Source: a candidate division WOR-3 bacterium (GTDB lineage Bacteria > Hydrothermota > Tepidihabitantia > B3-TA06). Taken from it: a DNA stretch of 64,000 bases. The stretch's first letter is position 1. Each line of letters starts with the position of its first letter. Under the pieces are notes generated by a model, which did no database searches, was not told the DNA's origin, and saw only the letters and a list, made by a program, of their open reading frames with translations. Of the stretch, positions 18,491-28,413 are shown piece after piece. The stretch is from NCBI GenBank assembly GCA_965649265.1, contig CBFGKC010000010.1:1292-65291 (forward strand). Reading direction: 5' to 3'. The translations under genes and the position numbers were made by a program.

Positions 18491-19339
18491 TTAATCTTCG
18501 TCCAGCTTGAAGAGCTTGATAGCGTTATTTGTAGTTATCTCGCGAAGCTTTTCCGGATCCATTCCCCTGAGTTCGGCAAGTCCTTTGACAACATCAACTA
18601 CAAAAGAAGGTTCGTTGTGTTCTTTGCGCCTGGATTTAGGCGGAGCCAGCATCGGCGAATCAGTCTCGACAAGCAGATATTCCAGCTGCACGGATTTCAC
18701 CAGATCAATAAGCGGCCTTGCATACGTATGAGGGCCACCGAAGGAAACTGAGAAACCCAGTTCCATAGCGCGTGATGCCTGTTTTTGATTGCCGGTAAAG
18801 AAATGGATCATGCCGCCTACGTCGCTTGCCGCTTCCTCATCGAGAATGGCTAAAATATCTTCAGTGGCCTTGCCATCGTGTATGACGAGGGGAAGATTGA
18901 CCTCACGGGCTACGTGAACGTGCTCCCGAAGCTGATCCTTACGTTTTGCGAGATCGGCAGGCTTGCCCTGCCTGTAGTCAAGTCCTATCTCTCCAATACC
19001 GACAATACCTGGCTCTTCCTTGCATAAACGAACAAGACGCTCAAAAGTCTCGAGTTTGGCCGCCTCGGAATGCGACACCCCGAGAACTGCGAATATGTTA
19101 TCGTAATCGGAAATCAACTTAAGAGTCGGATCCCACAATCTCGGAACCTGGGCTATGGTAATAATCGCAACACCTAAGTTAGCAGCCCTCTCAAGACGAG
19201 GCTTCAGGTATCTGTCGTTTTCATGCTCCCTCCCAATTAAATGGGCATGCGAATCGACATAACGTATATCACTCAATCTATCTCCAATCGTTTTGTCCTT
19301 CTCTACACCCTTAGGGTTGATATCAAAATTTCTGTACAA
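18491..19339 (-). CDS. tatD: TatD-family metal-dependent hydrolase / DNase
   Basis: YVDSHAHL near the N-terminus, GEIGLDY, and a later VIHD ... ETDSP pattern typical of the TatD TIM-barrel hydrolases. Confidence 0.8.
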   Translation of the reverse strand: MYRNFDINPKGVEKDKTIGDRLSDIRYVDSHAHLIGREHENDRYLKPRLERAANLGVAIITIAQVPRLWDPTLKLISDYDNIFAVLGVSHSEAAKLETFERLVRLCKEEPGIVGIGEIGLDYRQGKPADLAKRKDQLREHVHVAREVNLPLVIHDGKATEDILAILDEEAASDVGGMIHFFTGNQKQASRAMELGFSVSFGGPHTYARPLIDLVKSVQLEYLLVETDSPMLAPPKSRRKEHNEPSFVVDVVKGLAELRGMDPEKLREITTNNAIKLFKLDED

Positions 19340-19529
19340 TTCTAACTAATATAGTCCGGAGTGTCAAGCTGTAGTTTTCAAGCAATGCAGGGAACTCACT
19401 TCAATGCTTAGTTGATCTGCTATCCGGGAAAGGGTCCGTTAAATGAATATCTCGTATTTATGACCCATATGAACAGACTGGCAGCTTTCAATATGATTGA
19501 CATAGGAGAGATTTTACTTAGACTAATAT

Positions 19530-20456
19530 ATGTCCTCATTATCTAAATCAATATTCCTTGCTTTCAGCAAGTCGAAACTAACAAAAGAGATTGAGGTTCG
19601 AGCCGATTTCAACAAAGCGAAGAACCTGCTCGTTAGACTCGCGGAAAGACCACCTTATACCGTTTTCTCTATATTTACCGCGCTTGTTTTAAAAAAATGC
19701 AAGAGAGACAGACGCCTGACAGTTATTGCGCCAAAGGATAGCCAAATTCTCTTTTCCGTTTTTCCCGGTCTGTTTGATGAGAAGATAGAAGTCGACGATA
19801 CACCGACTTATGGTTCAAAGGCATATAAAGCCTTCAGGGAAAGATTACCCAAACAAAACTTCGACGTTATGTTGGATTTAGATTCTACCCCTTTACCCGA
19901 GCTTGCCGTCACATCCTCGGCAAAAATAAGAATAGCTTGCAGTGAAAAGGATCTTTTCCCTTTCTTCAATATTATGTTTCGAACAAAGGAAAGTTCCGAC
20001 CTCGCACAGCGTTCCTTGCTGGTTGTCCGATCTCTGACCGGAGAAGAATCGATTGAAAGAGCGATGCCGCGTCCTCAAACACAACAACTAAAGGCTGCAG
20101 CATGGCTCAAGGACAAAGGAAACAATAGCAAGAAGAGTCCTTACTTGTTATCATCACTGCCTATCCCTTCAGAATACCTGGGTCAAATAAAAGTGTACCC
20201 ACCCGATATCTGGCAGTCTGAACCTGATGACACAAAAGCTGCACTGCTGGCATCTGCAGCCGCTTACATCGGCGGAATAGATACATTTTTTGAATTGGCA
20301 TACCTTCTTAATGTTCCTTCAATAGTGCCGGTCGAAAACGAAGCACTGAAATTCCTTATCCCCCCATCCCATCTTGTTAGATACGTCCCCACCACAGCGC
20401 GTCAGATGCCTTCAACAGAATTATTAATAAAATCCCTGGCCGATCTTTCTCTTTGA
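19530..20456 (+). CDS. Hypothetical protein with a possible degenerate GT9-like (heptosyltransferase) fold
   Basis: Weak resemblance to the GT9 N-terminal region (FDVMLDLDSTPLPELAVTSSAKIRI). No catalytic motif could be verified. There is a 4-bp overlap with the downstream histidine kinase gene. Confidence 0.3.
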   Translation: MSSLSKSIFLAFSKSKLTKEIEVRADFNKAKNLLVRLAERPPYTVFSIFTALVLKKCKRDRRLTVIAPKDSQILFSVFPGLFDEKIEVDDTPTYGSKAYKAFRERLPKQNFDVMLDLDSTPLPELAVTSSAKIRIACSEKDLFPFFNIMFRTKESSDLAQRSLLVVRSLTGEESIERAMPRPQTQQLKAAAWLKDKGNNSKKSPYLLSSLPIPSEYLGQIKVYPPDIWQSEPDDTKAALLASAAAYIGGIDTFFELAYLLNVPSIVPVENEALKFLIPPSHLVRYVPTTARQMPSTELLIKSLADLSL

Positions 20457-21616
20457 ATTTGCGCCGTTTTCTACAGATATACGCGGTAGCCGGGCTTATA
20501 GTCCTGGCTGGTCTCTGGGCATTTTATTCCCAGAGACTTCTGAAGCAACTGGAGGGAGAAACACTACTGCGTTCAAAACTCTACGCAAGTTACGTAACTA
20601 GTCCGGAAAGCTCAGCGGCCCTTGAAAACGTCATATTTGAAGAGATTGTCAGCAAAATCGATTTCCCTGTGGTAATTACCGACACCTCCGGAACTCCCCA
20701 GAGTTACCGCAACGTACCCTCAAGGGACACCACCCCGGAAAACCTCCCTGCTTTTGTAGAAAAACTCGACCGGGAACGTTCTCCGATACCTATAAGAGCT
20801 GTGATCGATCTTGACAGTTTAAAAAAGGATACGCTGATCTTGAGCGTGCTCCATTACGGACTCCCTGAATCGTGGACAATGCTGCGTTATTTCCCCGTGA
20901 TTCAAGCTTTTTTCATTGTTTTATTTGTTATTCTCGGTTTTATATACATTTTCGCTTCAGCCAGGCGCGATCAGGACAGGTTATGGGTCGCACTGGCCCG
21001 GGAGGCCGCACATCAGCTTGGCACCCCTGTTTCGTCCCTTCTTGGGTGGAATGAATTGACAAGAGCCCGGCTGGACAAAGAGGTATCAAGCGAGATACAA
21101 GCCGATCTTGAACGAATAAAGGAAATACTTGACCGCTTCGCGAGGATCGGTGATAAACCTCGCCTTGAACCTCACGATATTGCCCCCCTAATAACTCATA
21201 CCGTTGATTTTATGAGGCACCGTGCGCCATCAAAGATTGATTTGTCCTGTAAAATCGAGGTGAACTGCAGATTACTTATAGATCCAACTCTCATATCATG
21301 GGCTCTTGAAAACTTGATTCGAAACGGAATAGACGCAATCGGGCGCAAGCAAGGAAGCATAACGGTAGCCGCGGGCAAGATTGAAGGAAATAAGATGTAT
21401 GAGATAACCGTAACGGACTCAGGAATAGGGATACCGCCGGGACAAACCAAGGACATCTTTCGTACAGGATTCTCCACCAAGCAGCACGGCTGGGGAATTG
21501 GTCTTGCGCTTTCAAGAAGAGTAATAGAACAGCTGCATCGTGGAAAATTAAGGGTTAAATCTTCAAAGGCAGGTAAAACCGTCATGTCTATCGTATTACC
21601 TTTATGGCACGAATAA
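20453..21616 (+). CDS. Sensor histidine kinase with two N-terminal TM segments and a HisKA + HATPase_c core. No response regulator in the neighbourhood.
   Basis: H-box HQLGTPVSSLLGWNELT. N-box NLIRNGIDAI. G1/G2 boxes DSGIGIPP...GWGIGLALS. Confidence 0.85.
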   Translation: MNLRRFLQIYAVAGLIVLAGLWAFYSQRLLKQLEGETLLRSKLYASYVTSPESSAALENVIFEEIVSKIDFPVVITDTSGTPQSYRNVPSRDTTPENLPAFVEKLDRERSPIPIRAVIDLDSLKKDTLILSVLHYGLPESWTMLRYFPVIQAFFIVLFVILGFIYIFASARRDQDRLWVALAREAAHQLGTPVSSLLGWNELTRARLDKEVSSEIQADLERIKEILDRFARIGDKPRLEPHDIAPLITHTVDFMRHRAPSKIDLSCKIEVNCRLLIDPTLISWALENLIRNGIDAIGRKQGSITVAAGKIEGNKMYEITVTDSGIGIPPGQTKDIFRTGFSTKQHGWGIGLALSRRVIEQLHRGKLRVKSSKAGKTVMSIVLPLWHE

Positions 21617-22476
21617 TTTTAGGAGATAACTTATTATTTTACCATGACGAGCGCTTGAGTTATCTACGCAGGGTTCAGGAGAAAGGCGATTTTGAATGCC
21701 ATAAAGGGAGAATACCCTGGAATACCATACTTGGAATGGAGTATGGAGATGAGGTCAAAACTCACATGGGTGTGAGTTTTATGTTACTCAAACCTTCGAT
21801 AGTCGACTTAATGAAGGGGGTCGAGCGCCGCACGACAATAGCCTACCCCAAGGATGCAGGTTACATGCTTCTCAGGGCTTCTATTATTCCCGGGACACGA
21901 ATTGCGGAGGTAGGCTCAGGATCTGGGGCACTTACGTTTATACTTGCAAGTTACGTAAAACCTGACGGCCATGTCTTTTCATTTGAACGCAGACCTGAAT
22001 TTCTTGAGATAGCGAAAAAGAATGCCGAACGATTAAAGGTCAAGGATTATGTGACTTTCGAGATAAGAGACGTCGAGAGGGATGGATTTGGAGTGGAAGG
22101 AATTGATGTATGCATAGTAGACGTTCCAGAACCATGGACAATGGTTCCGCACGCTGTCAAAGCACTGTGCGCAGGTGGAAGATGGGTCTCTTTGAGTCCT
22201 ACCACGGAGCAGCTGCAAGAGACAAGAAAAGCTCTTGAAATAGCTGGTTTTGTGCGTTTTGAGGTAATTGAGGTTCTTCTGCGTGAGATGAAAATACGTC
22301 CACAGGGTTCCAGACCCAACGAGAGAATGATATCACACACAGTTTACATGGCATTCGCCGATTTGCCGGCTAAAACGAAAACACTCGATGAGTCATCGCT
22401 GGAAAACGACAGTGTTGACAATTCGTCTCCTAAAGATAAACTTGGAGAAGAAATTATTAAAGCTCAGGAGGAATAA
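21604..22476 (+). CDS. trmI: tRNA (adenine-N1) methyltransferase, TrmI / GCD14 family
   Basis: SAM-binding segment GTRIAEVGSGSGALTFILASYV...VFSFERRPEF and a GCD14-type N-terminal beta domain. Its start overlaps the 3' end of the histidine kinase gene. Confidence 0.65.
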   Translation: MARIILGDNLLFYHDERLSYLRRVQEKGDFECHKGRIPWNTILGMEYGDEVKTHMGVSFMLLKPSIVDLMKGVERRTTIAYPKDAGYMLLRASIIPGTRIAEVGSGSGALTFILASYVKPDGHVFSFERRPEFLEIAKKNAERLKVKDYVTFEIRDVERDGFGVEGIDVCIVDVPEPWTMVPHAVKALCAGGRWVSLSPTTEQLQETRKALEIAGFVRFEVIEVLLREMKIRPQGSRPNERMISHTVYMAFADLPAKTKTLDESSLENDSVDNSSPKDKLGEEIIKAQEE

Positions 22477-23736
22477 ATGAAACGAGCTTTTGGTCTTTTA
22501 GGTTTCGGATTACTTGTGTCGCTTGCTTTTGGAGTAAGCAAAGACCCCGATCTGGAAGGTGGAAAAATACATTACAGGGATGGACGCTTTGGGAAGGCTG
22601 ATACGCTTTTCTTAAAAGCTATTAAGAAAGGCATTGTCCTTGATGAAGCTTACATGTGGCACGGAATGGCAAGCGTTAGACTCAACAATCCGGTGGAAGC
22701 GGCACGAGCATTCCTCCATGTTTTAAACAGCGATTCGACCGGAAAAATCATTCGTGCCGATGAGGAAGCCCCAGGATTGGCTACAATCGCCTTTAGATAT
22801 GGCGCAATAGAGCTTTTCGACGATACGACCAAGTCTGATACAGTAGTCCTCTTCCTGAAGAAGGGTATCAGTTTCGATCCCAAGGACCATTATAACTATG
22901 TATTACTAGGACGCTATTATCTCCAGGATAACAAGTTCGACGAAGCCTTGGGTGTTGCCAAGGAGTTGGAGAAGGTCCTCCCGGAGTCTCCTCAGATATT
23001 TTATATCACGGCCCGCGTTTCACTGGCAAAAGAGGATTACCAAAAATCTATCGATGACTTCAACAAATCGATTAAACTGTATAAGGATGAGTTGGCCAAA
23101 CAAGAGGAGAATCTTGCGTCGCAACTAGAAGTAAATACAGATGAAGTTACAAAAATTATCGGCGCTCTTGACAGTCTTGAAGCAAAAGATAGCATTCCCC
23201 CCGCTGAGAAGGAAAACTTCCTGACCTCGACCTTTAAATTACCTCCACCACAGGCCAAGCTTGTGTTGCGCTGGAGGTCGGGATACAAGGCAGAAAAGAA
23301 AGAAACTTCCGTGGCTTGCACATATCTCGGACAAGCATACTTCTGGAATAAAATGTTTCCTCAAGCGGATACAGCCTTGACAGAGGCGCTAAAACTCGAC
23401 CCCGCGAGTCTGGACGCGATATGGTTCAAAGGCTTCAATTACTACTATCTTAGAGACTACCCAAAAGCGATTGAATACTTTGAGAAGTCGTACAAAATAG
23501 ACACCTTGAATCCCAACCCTACAATTTGTCTTTACCTTGGAATCTGTTATCTTCAGAAAGAAACTAAGAATCTTGACAAGGCCGGTAATTACCTCTCCTT
23601 AGCAGAGAAACTTGATCCAAACAACCCGGACGTCTACATTAACTTAACGGTATATTGGCGCGAGAAGGGAGATATGCAAAAAGCTTCGGAATGTTACAAA
23701 AAAGCACAAGAATTGAGTAAAGGAGAGAACCAATGA
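22477..23736 (+). CDS. Secreted TPR-repeat protein
   Basis: Signal peptide LLGFGLLVSLAFG and multiple 34-aa TPR-like units (W/LG/Y/A/F/A/P pattern, for example AIEYFEKSYKIDTLNPNP). Confidence 0.7.
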   Translation: MKRAFGLLGFGLLVSLAFGVSKDPDLEGGKIHYRDGRFGKADTLFLKAIKKGIVLDEAYMWHGMASVRLNNPVEAARAFLHVLNSDSTGKIIRADEEAPGLATIAFRYGAIELFDDTTKSDTVVLFLKKGISFDPKDHYNYVLLGRYYLQDNKFDEALGVAKELEKVLPESPQIFYITARVSLAKEDYQKSIDDFNKSIKLYKDELAKQEENLASQLEVNTDEVTKIIGALDSLEAKDSIPPAEKENFLTSTFKLPPPQAKLVLRWRSGYKAEKKETSVACTYLGQAYFWNKMFPQADTALTEALKLDPASLDAIWFKGFNYYYLRDYPKAIEYFEKSYKIDTLNPNPTICLYLGICYLQKETKNLDKAGNYLSLAEKLDPNNPDVYINLTVYWREKGDMQKASECYKKAQELSKGENQ

Positions 23737-24716
23737 AGCATGTTCTGACTGCAATAATAATAGTTTTGATTGCTGTTCTTGCTGCGGTACTAATCATTCC
23801 TATGGTTCAAAGCGCCCGACCGGTAGACGTGACAATTGCCGTAGAACGTTCACTTTCAGCAGCACCAGTCATATATGCAAAGCAAGCAAGTATCTTTCCG
23901 AATAACAATGTCAAGATAAATGCAACTATCGTTATCATGGACAACCCTGCGCAGGCTTTTGACGACCTCGCCTCCGGCAAGATCCAGTTTGCCCTTATGC
24001 CTTGGCCCGAGGCTCTGCGCTGGGCGGAAGAACATCCTAAGGATACGCTTCGCTGTTTTCTTTCCGAGGAATTCAAGGTTGCCTCCCCCCAGGATGGCAT
24101 CTTTGCAAAAAAGGGCCTGGTTCTTAAAAGTATAACCGATCTTGAAGGAAAAAAGATAGGCGTATCTACTCTAACGTCGCTCCCTATGAAAGCCATTGTC
24201 GGTTCTGCTCAACTCGACACCTCCAAGATAACTCTCAAGGTCTACAATCCTGACCAGCTAATACCCGCTCTTGAAAAGGGTGAAGTCGATCTGATTTACG
24301 TAACAGAACCTTATATGACAATGGCCATGGCTAAGTTTGGCAGTCCCTTTGAGGATGGGGGATCCATGCCGAAGTGGATCAAAACACCGTACTGGGGCTC
24401 GGGGTTGTTTACAACATCAAAGTATTTCGGTAAAAACAGGGTGGCCGTAATAAGAGCAAGTAAGGCCATGGATCTTACCTACATTGAATTAGGCAAAAAT
24501 AGCGATTCAGCCAGGATATTCGTTTCAAAAACACTCGGAATCAGCGATTCTGCAACAACCTGGAATATGAATCTCCCTGAGATCATTCGACCTCAAGACA
24601 TGGATGTAGCTACGATTCAGGACCTTTCGGACAAATTCGAGATATACGGGGTAATGAGAAGTGCAAACCTTAAGGAAAAACAAATCTTGATCCCGAAAGA
24701 GGATCTTCGCGAGTAG
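23733..24716 (+). CDS. Periplasmic substrate-binding protein, NMT1/THI5-like (SsuA/TauA-type). No adjacent permease or ATPase.
   Basis: N-terminal TM or signal segment. The two-lobe type II SBP pattern resembles the NitT/TauT-family binding proteins. There is a 4-bp overlap with the TPR gene. Confidence 0.5.
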   Translation: MKHVLTAIIIVLIAVLAAVLIIPMVQSARPVDVTIAVERSLSAAPVIYAKQASIFPNNNVKINATIVIMDNPAQAFDDLASGKIQFALMPWPEALRWAEEHPKDTLRCFLSEEFKVASPQDGIFAKKGLVLKSITDLEGKKIGVSTLTSLPMKAIVGSAQLDTSKITLKVYNPDQLIPALEKGEVDLIYVTEPYMTMAMAKFGSPFEDGGSMPKWIKTPYWGSGLFTTSKYFGKNRVAVIRASKAMDLTYIELGKNSDSARIFVSKTLGISDSATTWNMNLPEIIRPQDMDVATIQDLSDKFEIYGVMRSANLKEKQILIPKEDLRE

Positions 24717-24724
24717 TGAGATTT

Positions 24725-24996
24725 GGCCGTGCTAGGCGGGAGGCTGGCGGTCTCCTGAACTCGAAACCCGCCATATGCGAGGCTGAAGGACACGATGAGA
24801 TCGGTAAAATGGGGATGCCGTTCGGAAAGGAAGACGATGAAGATCGGGTCTTTGTTCGTTCGGTTCTATGAATCCCGCCAGGTCCGGAAGGAAGCAACGG
24901 TAAGTAGTTTATCCAACGGTGCAAAGGGCGCCTGGTTGGAGCCTGACCTAGCCGACGGCCCTCGTGGTCCCGAGCGAAGGTGCCGCACGGCCGCTT
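24725..24996 (+). ncRNA. ffs: Signal recognition particle RNA, long Bacillus-type with an Alu domain
   Basis: The 5' end GGCCGUGCUAGGCGGGAGGCUGGCGGUCUCCUG aligns with B. subtilis scRNA GCCGUGCUAAGCGGGGAGGUAGCGGUGCCCUG. The domain IV motif CAGGUCCGGAAGGAAGCAAC is conserved. The 3' end GAAGGUGCCGCACGGCC pairs with the 5' end. The gene sits immediately upstream of dnaX, which is a conserved location. Confidence 0.85.
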
Positions 24997-25016
24997 AATT
25001 TTTAAGGATATTTAAG

Positions 25017-26639
25017 ATGCAGCCACGAACTTTTTCCTTGCGTTACCGACCTCAGACTTTTGAGGAACTTTTTGATCAGGAGCACGTAAAGCGGACTCTG
25101 ACCAATGCCATTGAGCGCAATCGACTTGCTCATGCCTATCTCTTCGCCGGTCCGCGAGGTGTCGGCAAAACCACCACAGCAAGGATACTGGCAAAAAGCC
25201 TTAACTGTGAGCAAGGCCCCACCTCCCGCCCATGCAATACGTGTTCCGCTTGTCTTGATATCAAGTCGACAAGAAGTCTGGATGTTCTCGAGATAGACGG
25301 CGCCTCAAACAGAGGGATAGACCAGATCAGGGATCTTAGGGAAAACATACGCTACTTGCCTACCAGTGGAAGATACCGGATATACATTATCGATGAAGTT
25401 CATATGCTCACCACAGAGGCTTTCAACGCATTACTCAAGACGCTTGAGGAACCGCCAAGGCATGTGATCTTTATTTTCGCCACTACCGAACCTCACAAGG
25501 TTCCTGCAACAATACTTTCAAGATGCCAGCGATTTGATTTCAGGCGCATCCCCCCGGGGGTAATTAACAAACGCCTCAAGATGATTGTCGAAATGGAAAA
25601 ACTTGAGGTCGATGATGCGGCACTCTCCCTCATATCCGAGATCGCCGACGGTGGATTGAGAGACGCCGAAAGCATCCTGGAACAAATCACGACCTTCAAG
25701 GAAGGTTTAGTAAGCGCCGCAGACATCACCGAATTACTTGGGATTGTACCCCAGGAGCGTTTTACACGCTTTCTCGAACTTAAAAGAGAAAACGATGAGA
25801 AAGGACTCCTCGAATTCATTGACGAAACCTTGAAGGAAGGTTACGATGTAGCCGAGTTCTACTTTGGGCTCATCAGGTTCCTTAGGGCGCTGCTTTTTAT
25901 CAAACTCGGTATTGGAAAGGAAGAAAACTTTTCGATCCCCCCCACTGCTCTTAATGAAGCTTCCAATCATTCGAATAAATCCCTCGTTAAAATGCTTGAG
26001 ATTTTTCTGAAATCGGAGGAAGCCTTTAAGCGGAGTATTGAAAAGAATACACTTCTTGAAACCCTTTCCTTATCATTACTGGACATGGGTCCTGAAATCC
26101 CCTCTGCTCTGCAGAACAAGCAGAATCCACTTGAACCTGTCAATAATTTTTCCAACCCCGACGGCAGCAACGTAAAAAGGTCTACTACCGTTGCCAATGA
26201 ATCCAAGGCATCCTCTTCCGGGGAAAATACACCTGCTTCAGATATTGAAAAAGATCCTTCTTGTCTTGCCAGCGAGAATGATAACATAAAGGCACCAGGA
26301 ATTCAAGATGCTTCGTCCTTGTGGAACAGGTTTCTGGATGAGATATCGGCTGAACATTCGTTTCTCTCTCTTGCCCTTAAAACATCCTTCCCGATAGAAG
26401 AGCAAGGAAACGTTCTTAAAATTGGGATCAGCGCGGAATCGAAGCTGCATCTTGGCCTGATAGAACAAGGCAGGGACGAACTTGAAAAACGTTTAGCCGG
26501 TATTGCCGGAAGACGTATACGTCTTTCTTTCGAAGTCATTACGGAAGAGTCGAAAACCAAGCTCTCGCTCGAATCTAAGGCAAAAGGCAGAACCCCGGTT
26601 GAGGACGTATTGGATATTTTCAAAGGAGAAATAATTTAA
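25017..26639 (+). CDS. dnaX: DNA polymerase III subunit gamma/tau
   Basis: AAA+ clamp-loader motifs: GPRGVGKTT, DEVHML, the zinc module CNTCSACLDIKS, and SRC (FDFRRI). Confidence 0.9.
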   Translation: MQPRTFSLRYRPQTFEELFDQEHVKRTLTNAIERNRLAHAYLFAGPRGVGKTTTARILAKSLNCEQGPTSRPCNTCSACLDIKSTRSLDVLEIDGASNRGIDQIRDLRENIRYLPTSGRYRIYIIDEVHMLTTEAFNALLKTLEEPPRHVIFIFATTEPHKVPATILSRCQRFDFRRIPPGVINKRLKMIVEMEKLEVDDAALSLISEIADGGLRDAESILEQITTFKEGLVSAADITELLGIVPQERFTRFLELKRENDEKGLLEFIDETLKEGYDVAEFYFGLIRFLRALLFIKLGIGKEENFSIPPTALNEASNHSNKSLVKMLEIFLKSEEAFKRSIEKNTLLETLSLSLLDMGPEIPSALQNKQNPLEPVNNFSNPDGSNVKRSTTVANESKASSSGENTPASDIEKDPSCLASENDNIKAPGIQDASSLWNRFLDEISAEHSFLSLALKTSFPIEEQGNVLKIGISAESKLHLGLIEQGRDELEKRLAGIAGRRIRLSFEVITEESKTKLSLESKAKGRTPVEDVLDIFKGEII

Positions 26640-26935
26640 TGAAACAAGCTGATCTTATGCGAAAAGCGCAAGAGCTCCAGGAACGAATGGCTGAAATCAT
26701 GTCTTCGGCACGAGGCGAAGCCACGTCAGGAGGAGGGATGGTGACGGCAACTGCGGATGGAAACGGAGTAATACTCAAGTTGAATATTGAACCTGAGGTA
26801 ATTGTGGCTGCCGAAAAAGAAATGCTTGAGGACCTTGTTATTGCCGCAGTTAATGAGGCTAAACGCAAGGCTCAAGAAAAGGCCAAAGAAGAGATGCAAA
26901 AGGTCGTAGGTATACCGATGCCTGGCCTCTTCTAA
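26639..26935 (+). CDS. ybaB: Nucleoid-associated protein YbaB/EbfC
   Basis: 98 aa with the typical MKQADLMRKAQELQERM... start. Conserved dnaX-ybaB-recR synteny. Confidence 0.85.
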   Translation: MKQADLMRKAQELQERMAEIMSSARGEATSGGGMVTATADGNGVILKLNIEPEVIVAAEKEMLEDLVIAAVNEAKRKAQEKAKEEMQKVVGIPMPGLF

Positions 26936-26953
26936 ATTCATCGCTTCCATTTC

Positions 26954-27562
26954 ATGACACAGGCACTTGGCGAGCTTATAAACCAGCTCAAAGAACTTCC
27001 CGGGATAGGAGAAAAAAGCGCTCAGCGTATTGCGCGGTATATATTGAGACTAAAGGATGATGAGGCGAAGAGATTGAGTGAGGCGATTCTTTCCGCCCGC
27101 GGCAGGACCCGGTTATGCATACGATGTGGAAACCTTACCGAAAATGAACTGTGCTCTATTTGCACTGACCGCATGCGTACGCAGACAGAGATTTGCGTGG
27201 TGGAAGATTCATTCGATATACCGGTAATAGAACGCTCAGGAGTCTACAAAGGACTTTACCACGTTCTGGGTGGGGTTCTCTCACCTCTTGAAGACGTCTC
27301 ACCAGACGAACTAAGAATAGCCGAACTCCTGGCCAGGGTTAAGGAAGAGAACACAAAGGAGGTAATCCTTGCTACATCGGCTACTACCGAAGGCGAAGCC
27401 ACCTCGTCATACATCGCTGAAAGGCTGCAGGCCAGCGGCGTCAGGATAAGCAGAATAGCCAGAGGAATCCCGGTAGGCACGGATCTGGGACTTGCTGACG
27501 AAGTAACCATCGGTAAAGCCCTTAGAGGCAGGGAACGTATAGGCGGCTGGGAGCGTGATTGA
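26954..27562 (+). CDS. recR: Recombination protein RecR
   Basis: HhH segment LPGIGEKSAQRIA. C4 zinc finger CIRCGNLTENELCSIC. C-terminal Toprim domain. Confidence 0.9.
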   Translation: MTQALGELINQLKELPGIGEKSAQRIARYILRLKDDEAKRLSEAILSARGRTRLCIRCGNLTENELCSICTDRMRTQTEICVVEDSFDIPVIERSGVYKGLYHVLGGVLSPLEDVSPDELRIAELLARVKEENTKEVILATSATTEGEATSSYIAERLQASGVRISRIARGIPVGTDLGLADEVTIGKALRGRERIGGWERD

Positions 27563-28413
27563 AATTCGGCTTTCACATAAGCATCTCAAATGGTTTCCTT
27601 GCCGCAGTTGAGACCGCAAAGGCTTTAGGATGCGAAACTGTGCAGATATTCACCGGTTCCCAGCAGCAGTGGAGACGCTCCAGCATTGACCCTGCGATTG
27701 CTGAAGCGTTCAGGACACAAACAAGCATCGAAGGCATTTCTCCCGTTGTGGTCCATCTTTTCTACCTGCCGAATCTGGCAACGCAAGATCGTGAGCTTTT
27801 TGAAAAATCGCGTACGTCCCTTGGCGTCGAGCTTGAACGCTCGGCTCTACTCGGCGCAGATTTACTTGTCCTGCATCCTGGCGCATATAAAACCGGCAGC
27901 AAAGACCAGGGCATCAGAAATGTCGCTTCGGCGCTGGATTATGTAATGGGAAAAACTGCAGGGTCCAAGGCGGATAAGGTCAAGATTCTGATCGAGAATA
28001 CATCCGGAGGCGGAACGAGGTTGGGAGCCGAGTTCGAAGAACTAGCCAGGATATTCGATTTGCTCAAGCAGACATATAAAGTAGGGATATGTCTCGACAC
28101 GTCGCATGCCTTCCAGGCCGGATATCCCCTGCATACAAACGAAGGCCTGGAAAGTACTCTCGGCGAGTTCGACAAACTGATTGGACTCGAGAAACTTTTA
28201 TTACTGCATTTGAATGATTCGAAAACGCCCTTTGGAAGCTGCCTTGACCGCCACTGGCATATAGGAGAAGGAGAGATGGGACTTGAAGCATTCAGAAGAA
28301 TAATAAATCATCCGCATCTCAAGCACCTGCCCGCAATAATGGAAACCCCGACGAGTATGGAAGGTGACCTGCGGAATATGAAAAGAGCACGGGAGTTAAG
28401 GAATATCACATGA
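27559..28413 (+). CDS. nfo: Endonuclease IV (AP endonuclease family 2)
   Basis: The start MKFGFHISISNGF and the later HAPYLINL-like and HLNDSK motifs fit the xylose-isomerase-like TIM barrel of Nfo. Confidence 0.8.
   Translation: MKFGFHISISNGFLAAVETAKALGCETVQIFTGSQQQWRRSSIDPAIAEAFRTQTSIEGISPVVVHLFYLPNLATQDRELFEKSRTSLGVELERSALLGADLLVLHPGAYKTGSKDQGIRNVASALDYVMGKTAGSKADKVKILIENTSGGGTRLGAEFEELARIFDLLKQTYKVGICLDTSHAFQAGYPLHTNEGLESTLGEFDKLIGLEKLLLLHLNDSKTPFGSCLDRHWHIGEGEMGLEAFRRIINHPHLKHLPAIMETPTSMEGDLRNMKRARELRNIT

Noticed and set aside
24670-24998. Two ORFs (84 aa on the - strand, 67 aa on the + strand) between the SBP gene and dnaX
   Set aside because: The region is occupied by the SRP RNA gene, whose 5' end, domain IV and 3' end conservation were seen directly. 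The ORFs are artefacts.
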